From: a virus
Taxonomy: Duplodnaviria; Caudoviricetes
Length of the DNA stretch: 64,000 nt
Virus record (IMG/VR): IMGVR_UViG_3300033463_000004
Coordinates: 160,001 to 224,000 of that record
Reading direction: 5' to 3' (one strand)
Part shown: in pieces, positions 60,517-64,000 of the stretch
Layout: the number at the start of each line of letters is the position of its first letter
Position numbering within the stretch: the stretch's first letter is position 1
Notes under the pieces: model-generated
What the model saw: the letters and a program-made list of their open reading frames with translations, nothing else
The model's database searches: none
What the model was told of the DNA's origin: nothing
Made by a program: the position numbers and the translations under genes

Positions 60517-60871
60517 ATTTCCAGATCTTGTGGACATGGCATCGGAACAATACCAGATAGCTGAACATATTTACTCGGACGTCCACGTTACCTTTCAATA
60601 TCTATCTGATACCATGAACCTCAAGGATTCGTTTCCACCAATAATTGGAATGATCTGATGGTCAGTGCTAGCCCTAACCATTGATGGTTGCCAACCCATC
60701 TTTCCAATTTTGATGTCTCCTCCAAACACACGCCACATGTTGGAGGCCCGCTGTTCATTTATATCCCGCATCGACAGCCGGCGGACAGTAAATACATTGA
60801 ACGAACCAAGCAATGTATCTACCGTGACGGAATTGGGGTAGCTTGATTCCAGGATAGCCAGTCCTGGAAAT
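60517..60871 (-). ncRNA. candidate large (~350 nt) multi-domain structured RNA
   Basis: terminal ATTTCCAG/CTGGAAAT pairing and at least 6 helices; G-U pairs form only on the minus strand; no RBS-led ORF; followed by a terminator. Confidence 0.65.
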
Positions 60872-60880
60872 ACAAACATC

Positions 60881-61297
60881 TCAGAGATCAAAGAGTTGTG
60901 CCAACTCTTTGGCCTCTTGGCGCGATGTTTTATTATGGTTAAATCGGGTTATGCTTCCCTTTTTTAACCACGGCTTTAGTTTCCATGCTTTGTTCCTTGG
61001 AACATGGAAACTTATTTGTCTTCGTGTTCCATCGACTTTTATGTCGAAGAACACCAAGACACATCTGAAACCGTTTTGGTCTTTGCCCGGTTTCAGATAA
61101 TAATAGATCCCGCACGGAGGAACGGAATCTATCATTTTTAATGTATCAACCAGAATGTCTTCTTTATGTCGATATCTGGTTGATACCAAATTGTCCCGAT
61201 GCAGATGAACATCATAAATATTCTTACCTGCATCGGAACAGGCTTGAGCAAGACAGATTCTCCGTAAAATCTGTCTTGTCATTTTGGTTTGTGCCAT
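60881..61297 (-). CDS. small basic protein (QISFHVP motif), possible RNA-binding partner
   Basis: 138 aa, K/R-rich, AAAGGAGGTG RBS; layout loosely YkyB-like. Confidence 0.7.
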   Translation of the reverse strand: MAQTKMTRQILRRICLAQACSDAGKNIYDVHLHRDNLVSTRYRHKEDILVDTLKMIDSVPPCGIYYYLKPGKDQNGFRCVLVFFDIKVDGTRRQISFHVPRNKAWKLKPWLKKGSITRFNHNKTSRQEAKELAQLFDL

Positions 61298-61346
61298 TAT
61301 GATGACACCTCCTTTATCTAATTCTAATAAGAGTATTACATCATTC

Positions 61347-62126
61347 TCATGAGTATTGTTTCAGGCGGTTATCCCATGTCTGTGCGGTCTCTAATGCATT
61401 GGTACGCATCGTTTCCACTGCATCCCAGATATCTCCGGAAAATGCTTCGTTGCCGATGATTTGTCTCGCAAGACTCTCATCTGATGAAGCGATCGCTTCA
61501 TCACACGATTTGACTACAGCGATCGCAGCAGCCTTAGCATCATATGCCAACTGCTTGAGTTCACGCAGTTTCTCACCATATTGATTGTTCATCACATCGA
61601 CTGATGTGCCGTCCTCAAGTACGCGTTTCAGGCTAAGACACTCCCAGTCAAATTTGCCATACTCTTCATCGCGGCGGGGTCCATATCCTCTGGTACGGCC
61701 ACAATTCAGTGCTGCTTTCACAGCATTGAGAGCAATGTCGGTATAACATACAAATGTTATCCGACATTTGCAACCTGCCGGAATGACTTCAGCTCTCATT
61801 GTATCATGCGATAGGTCTTCCGACTCAAATGTTACGACATCCGGTGCTTTACCGGATTCGATCGGAATCCGTCTCTCTTCAATGAAGACTTCGTCGCTGA
61901 TATCGCGATAGATGCTCGTGCAGCCACGGCACTGCTTCTTTACATAGCCGATCCAGCCATAGGACTGGAGCACGGGTTGGTTGTTATTGTCTCTCATAAA
62001 CTGTCTTGTGTAATCGTCAGTGGTAGGGGTTTCATTGAGTAAGTGTGCATAATCAGCCGGTGCACTCGAAGCAACCAGATCCGTTATAAACGTAATGCAG
62101 GCTGTCAGAATATATTTTTCTTTCAT
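61347..62126 (-). CDS. stand-alone Cas7/RAMP-like protein with helical C-terminal extension
   Basis: ITFITDL (first strand), FMRD..QPVL...GYVK, VFIEERRIPI, EVIPAG, C-terminal G-loop G..RGYGPRR.EEYGKFDW. Confidence 0.65.
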   Translation of the reverse strand: MKEKYILTACITFITDLVASSAPADYAHLLNETPTTDDYTRQFMRDNNNQPVLQSYGWIGYVKKQCRGCTSIYRDISDEVFIEERRIPIESGKAPDVVTFESEDLSHDTMRAEVIPAGCKCRITFVCYTDIALNAVKAALNCGRTRGYGPRRDEEYGKFDWECLSLKRVLEDGTSVDVMNNQYGEKLRELKQLAYDAKAAAIAVVKSCDEAIASSDESLARQIIGNEAFSGDIWDAVETMRTNALETAQTWDNRLKQYS

Positions 62127-62225
62127 GGGTTTCCTCACTTTCTCCCGCTGTGCGGGTTGCGACGGCGTTAAGCTTTTACGCCGTCTATTATTTATTTTCT
62201 TTGAATATTAGATAATACTATCTTC

Positions 62226-62255
62226 TATTCATAATAATAATATATATATGAAAAT
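62226..62255 (-). promoter_or_regulatory. putative early promoter driving the RAMP operon
   Basis: identical to 14515-14544. Confidence 0.65.
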
Positions 62256-62268
62256 TGTGATTCTAAAA

Positions 62269-62290
62269 ATGGGGCGCATATGCGCCCCAT
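62269..62290 (-). terminator. terminator
   Basis: ATGGGGCGCATATGCGCCCCAT with T-run on the minus strand. Confidence 0.75.
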
Positions 62291-62298
62291 ATCTATCA

Positions 62299-62922
62299 TT
62301 ATTTGTCGTTTTCCATGAGACTACCTTCAAATTCATTTGTTAATGAAATTATTGTGTCCAGCCATTCAATAAACATCGCAGCATTTTCTGAAGACAATAA
62401 TTCATTAAAAAGTGCTTTGGCGTCATCAGCGGTAAATTTAATACGATATAATTCACCACTCGGAATATCAGAATATCGTTTCGCCATAAAATCTTCTGTA
62501 TACTGATTAAATGTGTCTGGATCAAATGTTATTTTTTTACAGGTTTGACCATTATTCATGCCCAACGAAATATCGATATACAGCTGAACAATATCATCAT
62601 TCAATTTCGGAGAATCCATGAAATTGAATGTATAATCGATTTGCACTGTCATATCATAAAGAACACCGTTATCAGATACCCAACAATCTGCAAAAGTATC
62701 AAAGAGTTGACAACCTTCTTTCAATGTTACAGTCATTGCATCATTTGTATAGATCGGAACATCAACAATCTGAGTTTGTTCATCATAATATTCAAACTCA
62801 GTATTAGATATCAATTTCTTTGTTGCTACATCAAATTTGTCAATCGTTTCATGAATCTTTTCTTTGAGTGCCTGCATTTGTTTGATGCCTTTGTCAAAAT
62901 TGTTTGACCATATTTCATTCAT
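62299..62922 (-). CDS. acidic hypothetical protein
   Basis: AAAGGAG RBS. Confidence 0.65.
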   Translation of the reverse strand: MNEIWSNNFDKGIKQMQALKEKIHETIDKFDVATKKLISNTEFEYYDEQTQIVDVPIYTNDAMTVTLKEGCQLFDTFADCWVSDNGVLYDMTVQIDYTFNFMDSPKLNDDIVQLYIDISLGMNNGQTCKKITFDPDTFNQYTEDFMAKRYSDIPSGELYRIKFTADDAKALFNELLSSENAAMFIEWLDTIISLTNEFEGSLMENDK

Positions 62923-62944
62923 AATAAAAAACTCCTTTCAAAAT

Positions 62945-62966
62945 GGGTGGGACACATGTCCCACCC
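62945..62966 (-). terminator. terminator hairpin after the ligase gene
   Basis: GGGTGGGAC-ACAT-GTCCCACCC. Confidence 0.6.
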
Positions 62967-62975
62967 TTATATACA

Positions 62976-64000
62976 TTAAAACGGTTTTACTAAATGCCAT
63001 CTGGCTTCCGATAAATCATATATCGGAATATTCTTTGCTTTTGCTTTACGAGTTTTCTCGGATTCAAAATCATGATTTGGTACAATGACACAAATACAAT
63101 CATTTGACCATCCCCCAACTTCATATCCAGAAGATTCCAAATCTTGAATCAAATCAGCATCACGTGTACCTGTCATACATACTTTACCGGATTTTCCGTA
63201 TGTATAGTCAACTTGTTTTAAATCTTTAGCAAGTTCCATGATGTTTGTTAATTCGTCTTTATACCGAAGATATCCATCAATAATCTTTTGTATTTTTAAT
63301 TTTCCTACATTCGGAATGTATCCTACAGACATGATTAATTCAGGGAAAGATCCATCTTCCATACTTTTTACAAGATCATGATCGTTGATAACCGTTAGGA
63401 TTTGTTTCCATGTTTTCTCATCCGTATCATTAAATGGTAACGCTCCGAGGAATCTTGGTAATGTCGCTTCATGTAAAGCTTTATCAACTGACTTTACCAT
63501 ATTATCGAATGACGTATATCCAAACCCAGGTGTTTGTGCAATACAATCATCCCACTTTCGCAAATCATATAGATCAGCAATACATGATACAAATTCATTG
63601 TCATATAGCTTTGTGATAACACCTTCACCCAACCCAACCATTTTCATCTTTTCAGCATGACGAATGATTGCACCAAGTTTCAGACCACGACAATTTGGAT
63701 TTGAACATTTTACCAATCGATATGAAAGATAATCCAATGGTGCATTACAAATTGGACACTTATCTGGAATTTGAATTGGAATATCACCATCATGATACGA
63801 TTCAAGGAAATATGGCACGATGTTGTATGCAATTCGTACAGTATCATTGTGTTTTAATTGCATATCAACAACGCGTTGTAATGTTGATAATGTCACATGA
63901 TCAACATTCACATTTCCAAATTTTGCAGGTGGATCCAATATTGCAACAGGTGTGATTCTACCTTGTTTACCGAATTGATATTCGATTCGGTTTAATTTTG
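62976..64000 (-). CDS. ligA: NAD-dependent DNA ligase (C-terminal part; OB, Zn finger, HhH, BRCT)
   Basis: QFGKQGRITPVA, CPIC...CSNPNC, GLGE, PGFG, BRCT VCMTG...SEKTRKA; frame open to the window end. Confidence 0.9.
   Translation of the reverse strand, partial: KLNRIEYQFGKQGRITPVAILDPPAKFGNVNVDHVTLSTLQRVVDMQLKHNDTVRIAYNIVPYFLESYHDGDIPIQIPDKCPICNAPLDYLSYRLVKCSNPNCRGLKLGAIIRHAEKMKMVGLGEGVITKLYDNEFVSCIADLYDLRKWDDCIAQTPGFGYTSFDNMVKSVDKALHEATLPRFLGALPFNDTDEKTWKQILTVINDHDLVKSMEDGSFPELIMSVGYIPNVGKLKIQKIIDGYLRYKDELTNIMELAKDLKQVDYTYGKSGKVCMTGTRDADLIQDLESSGYEVGGWSNDCICVIVPNHDFESEKTRKAKAKNIPIYDLSEARWHLVKPF

Noticed and set aside
60517-60871. tmRNA, RNase P RNA or group I intron
   Set aside because: No tRNA-like ends or T-loop/CCA, no GAGGAAAGUCC P4 motif, no P7 consensus; it does not interrupt a gene
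60595-60891. 98-aa ORF over the structured region
   Set aside because: No RBS, TTG start; dense helices with strand-specific G-U pairs explain the region better
60474-62300. CRISPR array or short periodic (GGY-NN type) guide array beside the RAMP-like gene
   Set aside because: No repeat-spacer periodicity; only isolated pairs of GG triplets at 5-nt spacing, too few to call an array
1-64000. Stop-codon recoding, tRNA genes, introns/inteins, transposases
   Set aside because: Genes are long and tile densely in the standard code; no cloverleaf, splicing or transposase motifs recognised

Overview
This is a 64 kb, AT-rich segment of a jumbo bacteriophage of the phiKZ/AR9(PBS1)-like type. Its strong AAAGGAGG/GGAGGTG ribosome-binding sites suggest a Firmicutes host. 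Left part (1-26.3 kb, mostly minus strand): late virion genes (tail fibres, a 2321-aa structural protein, a virion RNA polymerase beta-like subunit, and head proteins with repeated QE cleavage-like motifs). Middle part: a split family-B DNA polymerase, an SSB-like protein, an AR9 gp226-like sigma-type subunit, an RNAP beta' subunit (NADFDGD) and SbcD. A ~22 kb run of small accessory genes follows, then thyX, UvsX/RecA and an NAD-dependent ligase. The most notable candidate system is a minus-strand operon at about 62255-60474: a phage promoter, a hairpin leader, a stand-alone Cas7/RAMP-like gene, a small basic protein, a ~350-nt ornate non-coding RNA and a terminator, with no CRISPR array. Other highlights are a head polyprotein of SUKH/SMI1-KNR4 and DUF1963 immunity-like domains joined across a U-UUU-UUU slippery site, two stem-enclosed RNAs encoding homologous 18-19-aa peptides, and a shared basic N-terminal module on five unrelated proteins. 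All assignments come from motif recognition by eye; no database searches were run.
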